This document shows positions 25,253 to 33,900 of a DNA stretch of 64,000 nt, piece by piece; within the stretch, counting starts at the first letter, position 1, and the number at the start of each line of letters is the position of its first letter. The DNA comes from Candidatus Doudnabacteria bacterium (GTDB lineage: Bacteria; Patescibacteriota; Doudnabacteria; UBA920). The translations under genes were made by a program, and so were the position numbers. The DNA lies in assembly GCA_003151625.1 (NCBI GenBank), contig PLYC01000013.1:93210-157209 (forward strand), in the 5' to 3' direction. The notes below the pieces were generated by a model. The model had not been told where the DNA came from, made no database searches, and saw only the letters and a program-made list of their open reading frames with translations.

Positions 25253-26158
25253 TTATAGATTATTCAGCGGGTGTTTCGTGATTTGTGCCCGCAGATGTTC
25301 AGCCGTCGCGCTTAAATAAATTGTCGTGGTCTTGATGTCCGAATGGCCCATCATTTTGCTTAGGCTGTAAATGTCGCACCCACCTTCCAACATTAAAACC
25401 GCAAACGAATGTCTAAGTTTGTGAATTCCAAAGTTTATTTTGCTGGCTTTTTTTATAATCTCCACTAAGTTGCGCAGGCCCATTTGGGTAAAACCCATAT
25501 TCCGGTTTAACGAAGCAAAGAATTCCGGGCAGGTTTTATGTATTCTCTTTCTTTCAACCACGTATCTTTTTAAAGTTTCCGCCAGGGCAAAACAGATTGG
25601 AATCATTCTGTCTTTGTTGCCTTTCCCCTGCCGGACAAAGATTGTAAGGTTTTCCAAGTCTACATCCGCGAATTTTAAGTTTAGCAATTCGCCTTTGCGG
25701 AGCCCGGCCATTATAAATGTGGCAAAAATTGCGTGGTTGCGGTAACGCAGGTATTTATATTGGTACGGGTAATTGTAGACCACTTCCAGCAGTTTCATTG
25801 TCTGCTGTTTTGTCAGCTTGGGTGGCAGCCGCTTTTCTAACTTTGGAATTTCTATTTTCTCCGCGTAATTTTCAGGCATGTATTTCTCTTTGACGCACCA
25901 GCGGAAAAACACAACCAGACTTTTAATAAAGTTAATGTAGGTATTTGTACTCCAATTTCGTTCTGTGCGGCCATAGAAAAACAGCTTCCGGATATTCTCT
26001 TCGTTTATCTGCTCAAACTCGGTGACATTGCAATATTTGCAGTAATAGTTAATAACAAACCTATACCGTCTGATTGTGGCTTTGGCGTATCCTCGTATAA
26101 ACGAGGAATAGTCATAGAACTTTAGGGCCGCTAATTGTATGTCCATATATACCTCCAA
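25253..26158 (-). CDS. tyrosine recombinase/integrase adjacent to tRNA
   Basis: HKLRHSFAVLMLEGGCDIYSLSKMMGHSDIKTTTIYL catalytic box. 301 aa. ~40 bp from the tRNA 3' end. Confidence 0.85.
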   Translation of the reverse strand: MEVYMDIQLAALKFYDYSSFIRGYAKATIRRYRFVINYYCKYCNVTEFEQINEENIRKLFFYGRTERNWSTNTYINFIKSLVVFFRWCVKEKYMPENYAEKIEIPKLEKRLPPKLTKQQTMKLLEVVYNYPYQYKYLRYRNHAIFATFIMAGLRKGELLNLKFADVDLENLTIFVRQGKGNKDRMIPICFALAETLKRYVVERKRIHKTCPEFFASLNRNMGFTQMGLRNLVEIIKKASKINFGIHKLRHSFAVLMLEGGCDIYSLSKMMGHSDIKTTTIYLSATAEHLRAQITKHPLNNL

Positions 26159-26195
26159 AATAAAAACACTGCATAAACTTGTTGCAGTGCTTTTA

Positions 26196-26237
26196 AGTGG
26201 AGCCCACTATCGGATTTGAACCGATCACCTGCTCCTT
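26196..26237. repeat. 42-bp direct repeat (right copy) = 3' exon of tRNA-Thr; putative att site
   Basis: Identical to 1647-1688. Confidence 0.85.
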
Positions 26238-26460
26238 CACTTCTACCTCAATTTCGTAAATCTTATATGAGGGTTAGACTGTATATTTTTCCCGGCGCCG
26301 GGAAACCCTTGTCAGTCGTTCGGGCGATTGCTCGCCACGGTCTTGACCCGTGAGGGCTATTAACCGTTATTCGGGATTCGCTTTGAAATTACTTTCAGAG
26401 TGGGCATGAACATAAGCTGTTCTCACCATGGAGCTGCTCTACCAAATGAGCTAAGTGGGC
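26198..26460 (-). tRNA. tRNA-Thr(GGU), interrupted by a ~186-nt intervening sequence in the anticodon loop (putative intron)
   Basis: Minus strand: GCCCACT-TA-GCTC-ATTTGGTA-GAGC-A-GCTCC-ATGGTGA..[~186 nt]..GGAGC-AGGTG-ATCGG-TTCAAAT-CCGAT-AGTGGGC-T-CCA. All four stems are perfectly paired. Confidence 0.55.
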
Positions 26461-26602
26461 TTACAACGGCATGAGATTTTGAATGAACTTTTTTTGAGCC
26501 CGCGACCATCTCCCTGCGGGAGGTGCTCATGGGCTTTTCTCTTTTTGTGATTTTGCTCTTATATTAGAGCAAATCCCTGATAACAAGGTAGACTGCCTTT
26601 TT

Positions 26603-26638
26603 ACCATGGAGCTGCTCTACCAAATGAGCTAAGTGGGC
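26603..26638 (-). repeat. second tandem copy of the tRNA-Thr 5' half (acceptor, D-arm, anticodon stem 5' strand + GGT AA)
   Basis: 36-nt identity to 26427-26460. No T-arm or 3' half follows it. Confidence 0.55.
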
Positions 26639-26685
26639 ACAAAGTTATTGGATTTTTTAAATACCACTTCGCACGATATATTTTT

Positions 26686-27549
26686 CTACCCAACTTTATT
26701 ATCAGTTCGTGGCAACACTAGCTTTTCCAGCTTGGCTTTAACTACCCCATTTTCCGGTTCAAGGGCTTGGGCTTTATGTAAAATTTCACGGGCCAATTGC
26801 CCGTTGTTGAGCTTTAAATACACATTACTCAAGCTAATGTAATATTTAACGGAAGGTTCAAGAGAGATTGCGGTCTCGAAATTCTTTACCGATTCAGGAA
26901 AATTCCCCGCCCCTTCCAAACTTAGGCCTAGGTTATAATAGCGGTTTGGCTGGGTGGAATCAAGAGCTAAAGATTTTTGATAATGTTCGGCCGCTTTGGC
27001 GAATTGCTTATTTTGGTAAAGGCAATAACCTAAACGCGCCTGGAATTCCGGGTTTCCGGGTTCGTGGTTGCAGAGATATTCATAAATATCCCTGGCATCT
27101 GAATGGTTTGACTGTTCCAAATAAAATTTTCCAAGCAAATCGTAATTGGATAAATTCTTGGGCTGCAATTTTATCATATCCAAATAGTAGGCTTCGCTTT
27201 TTACTTCGTGGGTGGTAATTGGGGCGGCGGCAACAGGGGCTTTAAAACCGGGCAGTTTAACATTATTAAAGATTTTCTGCATTTTGTAGCCGCCTATTGA
27301 GTGAGGCCTTAAGTCCTTGGCTTCCAAAATAAAGTTCCAGATTTTTCTGACCCAAAATTTTAGAAATGAGGCGATTTTTGAAAAAGCTTCGGCAGGCAGG
27401 CCTTTAGCCAAAAGTTTTTGTTGGGCGCCAACTTCCAAAGGCGCTTGTTGTGCCTCGGAGACGGCCTCCGGCAAGCGCCTAAGGATAATTAGCATTATCC
27501 CCAAAACCGCAAAAATAAATATAATATTGGGAAGAATTTGGTAGCTCAA
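26686..27549 (-). CDS. TPR-repeat protein with N-terminal TM anchor
   Basis: Repeated A..Y..G/LG..Y helical-repeat pattern. 287 aa. Confidence 0.65.
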   Translation of the reverse strand: MSYQILPNIIFIFAVLGIMLIILRRLPEAVSEAQQAPLEVGAQQKLLAKGLPAEAFSKIASFLKFWVRKIWNFILEAKDLRPHSIGGYKMQKIFNNVKLPGFKAPVAAAPITTHEVKSEAYYLDMIKLQPKNLSNYDLLGKFYLEQSNHSDARDIYEYLCNHEPGNPEFQARLGYCLYQNKQFAKAAEHYQKSLALDSTQPNRYYNLGLSLEGAGNFPESVKNFETAISLEPSVKYYISLSNVYLKLNNGQLAREILHKAQALEPENGVVKAKLEKLVLPRTDNKVG

Positions 27550-27696
27550 GGAAGGCAGAATTGATAATTAATAATTTATAACTGATAACATCATAACATA
27601 TTTTTAAATGTTTTGAAGTTAATAAATTGCTGTTATAAATTATTTGATTGGTTAGTGTTCCTTCGCAGTGGTTTTAGATTAAAACGGTGCTCTTTT

Positions 27697-27790
27697 GGCG
27701 TCATTCTGAGCCCCTAACGCGCCATCGGGGCGAAGAATCCCTATTAAATTAGAGATCCTTCACTCGGGCGCACTCGTTCAGGATGACGCC
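27697..27790. mobile_element. ~94-bp miniature element with 13-14-bp terminal inverted repeats (MITE-like)
   Basis: ggcgtcattctgag...tcaggatgacgcc. The interior is ~80% identical to the reverse complement of the element at 30233-30327. Confidence 0.55.
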
Positions 27791-27816
27791 GGGAAGGAAG
27801 TGTTTTGCGATTAAGC

Positions 27817-28398
27817 CTAGTTTCCCAGTACAAATCTAGCAAAACGTTTTACCACTACCTTCTCCCCCATTTTTGCAACGGCTTCGCCGATTAAATCTTT
27901 GACTTTAATGTCGGGATTTTTTGCAAATGGTTGCTCCATTAAGCAGGCTTCTTCAAAATATTTGGCAAGTTTACCTTCCAAAATTTTGTTAACCATATCT
28001 TCCGGTTTACCCTTAATTTGTTCTTTGTAGATTTCCTTTTCTTTATCCACAACTTCTACCGGGACATCGGCTGTAGAAACATACAACGGGTTTGCGGCTG
28101 CTATATGCAAAGCCAATTCTTTGGCCAAATGCTTAAAATCGTCCGTACGAGCCACAAAGTCTGTTTCGCAGTTAATTTCCACCAAAACGCCCACGCGGCT
28201 GCCCGGATGGATATAGGCTTCCACAAGGCCTTCATTGGCAACACGGTCGGCCTTTTTGCCGGCTTTAAGTGTGCCTTTTTTGCGCAAAATTTCCACGGCC
28301 TTGGTCTTGTCGCCCCCGGCCTCGGTTAATGCGCCCTTAATTTCCATCATCCCAGCCCCGGTTTGTTCGCGGAGTTCTTTTATTAGATTTTTAGACAT
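27817..28398 (-). CDS. tsf: translation elongation factor Ts
   Basis: MSKNLIKELREQTGAGMMEIKGAL UBA-like N-terminus. 193 aa. Sits downstream of rpsB. Confidence 0.9.
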   Translation of the reverse strand: MSKNLIKELREQTGAGMMEIKGALTEAGGDKTKAVEILRKKGTLKAGKKADRVANEGLVEAYIHPGSRVGVLVEINCETDFVARTDDFKHLAKELALHIAAANPLYVSTADVPVEVVDKEKEIYKEQIKGKPEDMVNKILEGKLAKYFEEACLMEQPFAKNPDIKVKDLIGEAVAKMGEKVVVKRFARFVLGN

Positions 28399-28570
28399 AA
28401 GTTTACGAAGTACCTGCCCACCAATGTTAATTTTTATAGTAGCACTGATGGTAATTATCCATTGTCTGTACTATGAAAGTTTGCTTTGGCAGGCGGGCGA
28501 AATTTTACGAACTTACGAAAGGACAAACTTCGTAAGTTCGTACCTATTCGTACTTCGTAAAATCAGTTAA

Positions 28571-29299
28571 TTATTTAGTTTCAATTAATTTATCAGCTTC
28601 TTTCGTTACCGGTGTCGCTTGTCTTCCTTCGGTTATGGCTTCGGATATAACCGAGCACATAAGTTCAATACTTTTTGTGGCGTCGTCGTTGCAGGGAATA
28701 ACGTAGTCTATGCCTTCGGGGCTGCAGTTGGTGTCTACCAGGCCGATAATTTTTACTTTGCTTTTTTGCGCTTCCTTTACCGCAATGGAATCGTGTTTGA
28801 CATCGGTGACAAAAATCGCGTCAGGGAGTTTTTTCATGCTTTGGATGCCTTCGAACAATTTTCTCATTTTTTCGATTTCGCGTTCTATGAGCAAACGTTC
28901 TTTTTTGGTGTAGCGGCTTTCCAATTCACCGGAGGCTTTTAAGCTTTCCAATTTTTCCATTTTGCGGATGGTTTTTTGAATGGTCTTAAAGTTGGTAAAG
29001 GTTCCGCCGAGCCAGCGGACGTTAACGTACGGCACGGCCGCGGCTATGGCTGAATTTTTTAAAATTTCTTTGCTCTGGCGCTTTGTGCCAACAAACAAAA
29101 TTATGCCGCCGCGTGAAGTTGTTTCCTTGGCAAACTTAGCCGCTTTTTCCAAACCTTGTTTGGTTTTTTCCAAATCCAGAATGTGGATGTTGTTGCGAGT
29201 TGTAAAAATAAACGGCTTCATTTTGGGGTTCCACCTGGAGGTGGTATGGCCAAAGTGCGCGCCGCTCTTCATCAACTCTAAAAGGGTGATGTCTTTCAT
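28571..29299 (-). CDS. rpsB: 30S ribosomal protein S2
   Basis: GAHFGHTTSRWNPKM. 242 aa. rpsB-tsf synteny. Confidence 0.95.
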   Translation of the reverse strand: MKDITLLELMKSGAHFGHTTSRWNPKMKPFIFTTRNNIHILDLEKTKQGLEKAAKFAKETTSRGGIILFVGTKRQSKEILKNSAIAAAVPYVNVRWLGGTFTNFKTIQKTIRKMEKLESLKASGELESRYTKKERLLIEREIEKMRKLFEGIQSMKKLPDAIFVTDVKHDSIAVKEAQKSKVKIIGLVDTNCSPEGIDYVIPCNDDATKSIELMCSVISEAITEGRQATPVTKEADKLIETK

Positions 29300-29550
29300 T
29301 GTGGTTTTATGTAGTGTGCGGCGGTGTAGCGGCGGGTATTGCCCACCATTAATGGAGGCCGAGTAGGCCTTCCGCTACAGCGCATAAAATACACGCTACA
29401 TTATCCTTTTCCTTCCATTCTCTTTATCCCCTGCTTTGGCTCTCGAGCCGCACGGGACAGGATAATTATCCGAGAATGTGCTTAATTAATAACTGGCTTA
29501 TTATAACAGGGGTTGACGAAAATGGCAAGAGCTGGTAAAATGTCTGTACT

Positions 29551-29895
29551 ATGGGCGAAATAGACAGAGGCGCCAAAGACTATATCGATCAAATTCCGAT
29601 TGAAGAATTGGATTATTTGGGTGTAGAAACCGAGAAGGGCAGGCTGCAAGCAATCGAAGCTTTAGCCGGTTCTTTATTGGTTGCTTTAGAGAGGAAGGAT
29701 TACGAAGTTGCTCAAAGAAAAGCCCATTTGATATTTAGAACAAGTTTGCTATTTAATGAAAGATCTGTGCCCATTTCAGAAAAAGGCTTGGAGTTATTTA
29801 AAAGACAATTGGTTAAAGAGCTTTATTCAAATACAGGTAGTCCTAGCAGTTTAGATATTTTATCAAAAGGGAAAAGAATAGAAGATAAGAAATAA
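29551..29895 (+). CDS. hypothetical protein
   Basis: 114-aa ORF. No motif. Confidence 0.4.
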   Translation: MGEIDRGAKDYIDQIPIEELDYLGVETEKGRLQAIEALAGSLLVALERKDYEVAQRKAHLIFRTSLLFNERSVPISEKGLELFKRQLVKELYSNTGSPSSLDILSKGKRIEDKK

Positions 29896-29913
29896 TTAAT
29901 TTAAACAGAATTC

Positions 29914-30174
29914 ATGAAACCCACAATCCATCCCCAATTTAATACAGACGTAGTAGTAACCTGCGCTTGCGGCGCTACTTTTACCACCGGTTCAACGGCC
30001 AAGACTTTGCATACTGAAGTCTGTAGCCAGTGCCATCCGTTTTACACGGGTAAGCAAAAATTGCTTGATGCCGCCGGTTCCATCGACAAATTCAAAAAGC
30101 GCTCCGCCGCCGCCGTTCACATTAAAGCCGCGGTTAAACCCAAAAAGGAACGCAAGAGCAGAACAAAGAAGTAA
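29914..30174 (+). CDS. rpmE: 50S ribosomal protein L31
   Basis: [28 protein letters not shown]...[13 protein letters not shown]. Confidence 0.9.
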   Translation: MKPTIHPQFNTDVVVTCACGATFTTGSTAKTLHTEVCSQCHPFYTGKQKLLDAAGSIDKFKKRSAAAVHIKAAVKPKKERKSRTKK

Positions 30175-30184
30175 CTTATTTAAA

Positions 30185-30213
30185 AGGCCCTCTTTAGTTG
30201 GAGGGTCTTTTTG
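30185..30213 (+). terminator. intrinsic terminator after rpmE
   Basis: ggccctc-tttagttg-gagggtc followed by ttttt. Confidence 0.6.
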
Positions 30214-30232
30214 TGGTAAGATTAGTTTATTC

Positions 30233-30327
30233 GGCGTCATCCTGAGGGAGTGCGTCCGACCGAAGGATCTCTGTCAAAAGAAGAGATTCTTCGCCCCTCA
30301 GAGACATTCGGGGTTCAGAATGACGCC
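30233..30327. mobile_element. ~95-bp miniature TIR element, same family as 27697-27790 in opposite orientation
   Basis: ggcgtcatcctgag...ttcagaatgacgcc. Lies immediately upstream of the true prfA start. Confidence 0.55.
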
Positions 30328-30339
30328 AAGGAGATAGTT

Positions 30340-31437
30340 ATGGATTCCACTTTTAAAAAAATAGCAGATGAGTACGAACAGCTAACCGAGCAAATGGCTT
30401 CGGGTAGTTCTTTCGATATGGCTAAATTAGGCAAAAGGCAGGCCGAGCTGGCGCCAATGGTGGGGAAGATCAAAGATTTAGGATTAAAGATTAAAGAACA
30501 AGAAGATAATAAAAAGCTTTTGGAAGACCAAGATTCGGAAATAAAATCGATGGCGCTGGACGAGGGTCGGCGGCTTGAATCTGAAATCTTAAATCTTAAA
30601 TCCTCGATCGAGGATTCCCTGTTGCCCAAGGATAAAAACGACGACAAAAATATAATCGTAGAAATTCGTGCCGGAGCCGGCGGTGACGAAGCCACCCTGT
30701 TTGTGGCGGAGATGTTTAGGGCTTACGGTAAGTTTGCGGAAGAACAGGGTTTTAAACCTCATATTGTTTCTTCTTCCCGTTCGGATGCGGGCGGTTTTAA
30801 AGAAGTAATCTTCGAAATCCACAGCCCCTTGAAGATTCCCATCAAGGGGCACGATGGGAATCTTCAAGGGGCGCCTTATGCTTTGTTTAAATACGAATCC
30901 GGCGTCCACCGCGTACAGCGCGTGCCGGAGACGGAAAAAAGCGGCCGCGTGCATACCTCTACCATAACCGTGGCCGTGTTGCCCATTTTGGAAGAAAAAG
31001 ACTACGCCATTGCGGATAAAGATCTGAACATCGAGGCAACTACATCTTCCGGCCACGGCGGGCAGAGTGTAAATACTACATATAGTGCTATCCGCATAAC
31101 CCATATCCCTACCGGTATAACCGCTCAGTGCCAGGATGAGCGTAGCCAGGCGCAAAACCGGGAGAAGGCCTTGGAAGTTATTCGCGCCCGCGTTGCCCAG
31201 CATTACGAGGAAATAGAAAGCAAAAAAGTGCGCGACCTTACAAAGTCTCAAATAGGAACCGGTGATCGGTCGGAGAAAATCAGAACTTATAATTTTCCCC
31301 AAGATCGTGTTACCGATCACCGTATTAACGAAAATTTTAACCAAATAAATTTGATTATGGAAGGCAAATTTGCCGATATTGTTGAAGCATTACAGAAAGC
31401 GGATTTGGAAGCAAAAAGGGAGGCGTTAAAGAATTGA
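30340..31437 (+). CDS. prfA: peptide chain release factor 1
   Basis: GGQ motif SSGHGGQSVNTT and PET (PxT) tripeptide. AAGGAG 6 nt upstream of ATG 30340. The track ORF begins earlier (30250) inside the miniature element. Confidence 0.9.
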   Translation: MDSTFKKIADEYEQLTEQMASGSSFDMAKLGKRQAELAPMVGKIKDLGLKIKEQEDNKKLLEDQDSEIKSMALDEGRRLESEILNLKSSIEDSLLPKDKNDDKNIIVEIRAGAGGDEATLFVAEMFRAYGKFAEEQGFKPHIVSSSRSDAGGFKEVIFEIHSPLKIPIKGHDGNLQGAPYALFKYESGVHRVQRVPETEKSGRVHTSTITVAVLPILEEKDYAIADKDLNIEATTSSGHGGQSVNTTYSAIRITHIPTGITAQCQDERSQAQNREKALEVIRARVAQHYEEIESKKVRDLTKSQIGTGDRSEKIRTYNFPQDRVTDHRINENFNQINLIMEGKFADIVEALQKADLEAKREALKN

Positions 31438-31443
31438 AAAGGT

Positions 31444-31470
31444 GTGACGGCAACATGAAGTTGCCGTCAC
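31444..31470. terminator. perfect 11-bp-stem hairpin between convergent prfA and a minus-strand ORF (bidirectional terminator)
   Basis: gtgacggcaac-atgaa-gttgccgtcac. Confidence 0.5.
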
Positions 31471-31500
31471 TGGTAAGGAATGCTACTACTCGTCCAGAAC

Positions 31501-31854
31501 TCAGTCCAGAAATTCCTTGTAATGGCGCAGCAGTTCGGCAACCTGGATATCGGTGAGGTAGATGAACTTGCGGGCATTATTCTGGAATGTTGCCCACACC
31601 ATCGCGAAAAGCGGGTATGGGGTGTTGAGCTCGACCTGCGTTAGGCCTTGCTCCATGATGGGGTACAAATCTGACCCGGATTCGTCAACGCCGTCACGGA
31701 ACTTGCGAAGTATTTCCAGGAACTCGGGTTCCGTAAAAGTTGCGCTGTGGATTTCATCTGTGTTGTTTTCCCGCAGCGTGTAGTATGTTGCCGACTTAGT
31801 TTGGGCTTTAATCACCCAAACCTCAGACTGTTGGCGGTTGATCACAGTAGGCAT
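31501..31854 (-). CDS. hypothetical protein
   Basis: 117-aa ORF. Confidence 0.45.
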   Translation of the reverse strand: MPTVINRQQSEVWVIKAQTKSATYYTLRENNTDEIHSATFTEPEFLEILRKFRDGVDESGSDLYPIMEQGLTQVELNTPYPLFAMVWATFQNNARKFIYLTDIQVAELLRHYKEFLD

Positions 31855-31906
31855 TTGCTCCTCCTTGGGTAGCTAGATAGTATAGTATTAAATATTGTTT
31901 GCGTCA

Positions 31907-32023
31907 ATGCAACCTACAATAAAAGATGTATTAAAAAAATACCATAAAATAGAAATAGAACTCCTGCTGGAGCATGTGTTGCGGAAACCAAACCCTTCGA
32001 CAAGCTCAGGGTTAGATTTATGA
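31907..32023 (+). other. 38-codon upstream ORF homologous to the PrmC N-terminus (partial 5' duplication). Its stop overlaps the prmC ATG (ATGA).
   Basis: MQPTIKDVLKKYHKIEIELLLEHVLRKPNPS vs PrmC MTIRQALIKYHCIEIELLLADLLGKSKEF. Confidence 0.35.
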
Positions 32024-32874
32024 CGATACGACAAGCATTAATTAAATATCACTGTATTGAAATTGAGTTGCTTCTTGCGGATCTCCTTGGTAAATCTAAG
32101 GAGTTTTTGTTTATGAATCCCGGGCACAGCTTATCAGCTGGGCAGCTTATAAGCTTATCAGCTCTTGTTAAACGCAGGGAGAGCGGTGAGCCGATGGCTT
32201 ATATTTTGGGGTATAAGGATTTTTATGGGTTAAAATTTAAAGTTAATCGCAACGTGTTAATCCCCCGCCCGGAGACGGAATGGGTGGTTGAAAGAATTAG
32301 GAATTATGAATTAGAAATTATGAATGGGAAACCATTTCGAGTCCTTGATGTCGGTACCGGAAGCGGGTGCATTGTTATAAGCTTAGCGAAATTGTTGCCA
32401 CCCTCCCCTAACCCCTCCCGTCAAGGGAGGGGAAAACTGCAGTTTTGCGCAAGTGACATGTCATCAGAAGCTTTAAAGATTGCCAAGCAAAATGCCAAAA
32501 AGTATAAAGTAAAAATTAAGTTTATTAAAAGCGACCTTTTAAAAAATATTAAGGGCAATTTTGACGTTATAATCGCAAACTTGCCATATGGATGGCGTGG
32601 GGTCAAAAACAGATTTTCTTCGGTTAAAGATGGATTAAAATTTGAGCCAAAGAAGGCTTTATATACATCGGAACGCGGTTTGCGGGAGATCCGCCGCTTG
32701 CTACAACAAGTCGCTTTGTTAAAAAATAAACCAAAGTTGGTTTATTTGGAATTTGACCCAAGACAAAAACGCGAGCTGGGATCACTAATAAAAAAATCCC
32801 TCCCAGGATCTAAAACAAAGTTTTATAAAGACTACAACGGTTTTTGGCGTTATGCGGAAGTTATTCCGTTATGA
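32020..32874 (+). CDS. prmC: release factor glutamine methyltransferase (HemK/PrmC)
   Basis: VLDVGTGSGCIVISLAK (motif I), IIANLPYGW (NPPY-like, here NLPY). Downstream of prfA. Contains a 12-aa GC-rich palindromic insertion. Confidence 0.8.
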   Translation: MTIRQALIKYHCIEIELLLADLLGKSKEFLFMNPGHSLSAGQLISLSALVKRRESGEPMAYILGYKDFYGLKFKVNRNVLIPRPETEWVVERIRNYELEIMNGKPFRVLDVGTGSGCIVISLAKLLPPSPNPSRQGRGKLQFCASDMSSEALKIAKQNAKKYKVKIKFIKSDLLKNIKGNFDVIIANLPYGWRGVKNRFSSVKDGLKFEPKKALYTSERGLREIRRLLQQVALLKNKPKLVYLEFDPRQKRELGSLIKKSLPGSKTKFYKDYNGFWRYAEVIPL

Positions 32875-33754
32875 TTTTTTGGAATTTTTCCAAAGTTTCC
32901 TGTCCATGCACGCGGACACGAGGGATACGCATTAAATCATCCAGATTTATTAGTTTCCCTTCATGCACAGTTACACCCATTACAAAGCCGGATTTTTTGG
33001 CTTGAGTAATATAAGAGTCGGTATAGTGGCCGTAAGGGTAAATTAAAATATTTGTGGTGGTTCCGAGATTGTTGTAAATGTCGGAAATAGATGCGGACAA
33101 GTTTTGAAAAATGTAGCTAGCTGTAAATTTAGGATTTTGTCCGTCAAAATGATTTTGAGTGTGCGAGACAATTTCATTGCCCTGGCTTTGGGCATTTTTT
33201 ATTTCTTCCCAAGGGGCATAAATATTGGTACCCTGCGAAGTTCCGGGGTTTTGTGTAATTATCCCAAAACTGCCCGTATAATTATATTTTTTTAAAATTG
33301 GCACGGCGTTTATAAACACATCTTCGTATCCGTCGTCAAAAGTAAATAACACCGGTTTTTTTGGCATAACAAATTTTCCCTGGCTGTAAAGATAAATATC
33401 CTCCAGAGTAACGCTGTTATACTTGTTATCGCTTAGCCATTTAACCTCCGCTTCAAAATTGGCGGTCGGCACGGTTAAGTCCTGCCGCACTTTATTGGCT
33501 TTTGTCGGCAAATCTTCAACATGGTGGTACATTAGAATGGGAATGGATAGCGTGCGGCCTTTTACTATGGCGTCATTAGGAACCGGCAGCGGCTCGTAGT
33601 CCTTTGGTGTTACCAATTTCGGGTATGTCTTGCCCCTCGGTTCGATTACAGTCACTTTTGGCATTTGGCGATCGAAATAAAAAAATCCTCCCGCCAATAC
33701 CAGGCAGGCGAGGATTAAAATGGACAATTGGATTGCTTTTTTCTTTAGGTACAT
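32861..33754 (-). CDS. polysaccharide deacetylase (NodB/CE4 domain) with N-terminal TM
   Basis: TFDDGYEDV and ILMYHHV motifs. Confidence 0.75.
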   Translation of the reverse strand: MYLKKKAIQLSILILACLVLAGGFFYFDRQMPKVTVIEPRGKTYPKLVTPKDYEPLPVPNDAIVKGRTLSIPILMYHHVEDLPTKANKVRQDLTVPTANFEAEVKWLSDNKYNSVTLEDIYLYSQGKFVMPKKPVLFTFDDGYEDVFINAVPILKKYNYTGSFGIITQNPGTSQGTNIYAPWEEIKNAQSQGNEIVSHTQNHFDGQNPKFTASYIFQNLSASISDIYNNLGTTTNILIYPYGHYTDSYITQAKKSGFVMGVTVHEGKLINLDDLMRIPRVRVHGQETLEKFQKIITE

Positions 33755-33900
33755 TGTAGTTTAAATTATAACATAAGTATAGCGTGCCCATTTATTGGGC
33801 TGCAGCCCAATAAATGGGCACGCTACAGCAAAGATCGTCCGGGCAATAAGAGAAAACAAAACCCGCCCTGTCATCGACAGGGCGGGTTTTAAAATCGTAA

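Noticed and set aside
28018-28570. ORFs on the opposite strand within tsf/rpsB (28018-28329, 28235-28570, 28619-28942, 28710-28913)
   Set aside because: They lie entirely antisense to well-supported ribosomal protein genes and have low-complexity translations. They are spurious.
30589-31344. 251-aa minus-strand ORF antisense to prfA
   Set aside because: Fully overlaps the RF1 gene. No motifs. Spurious antisense ORF.
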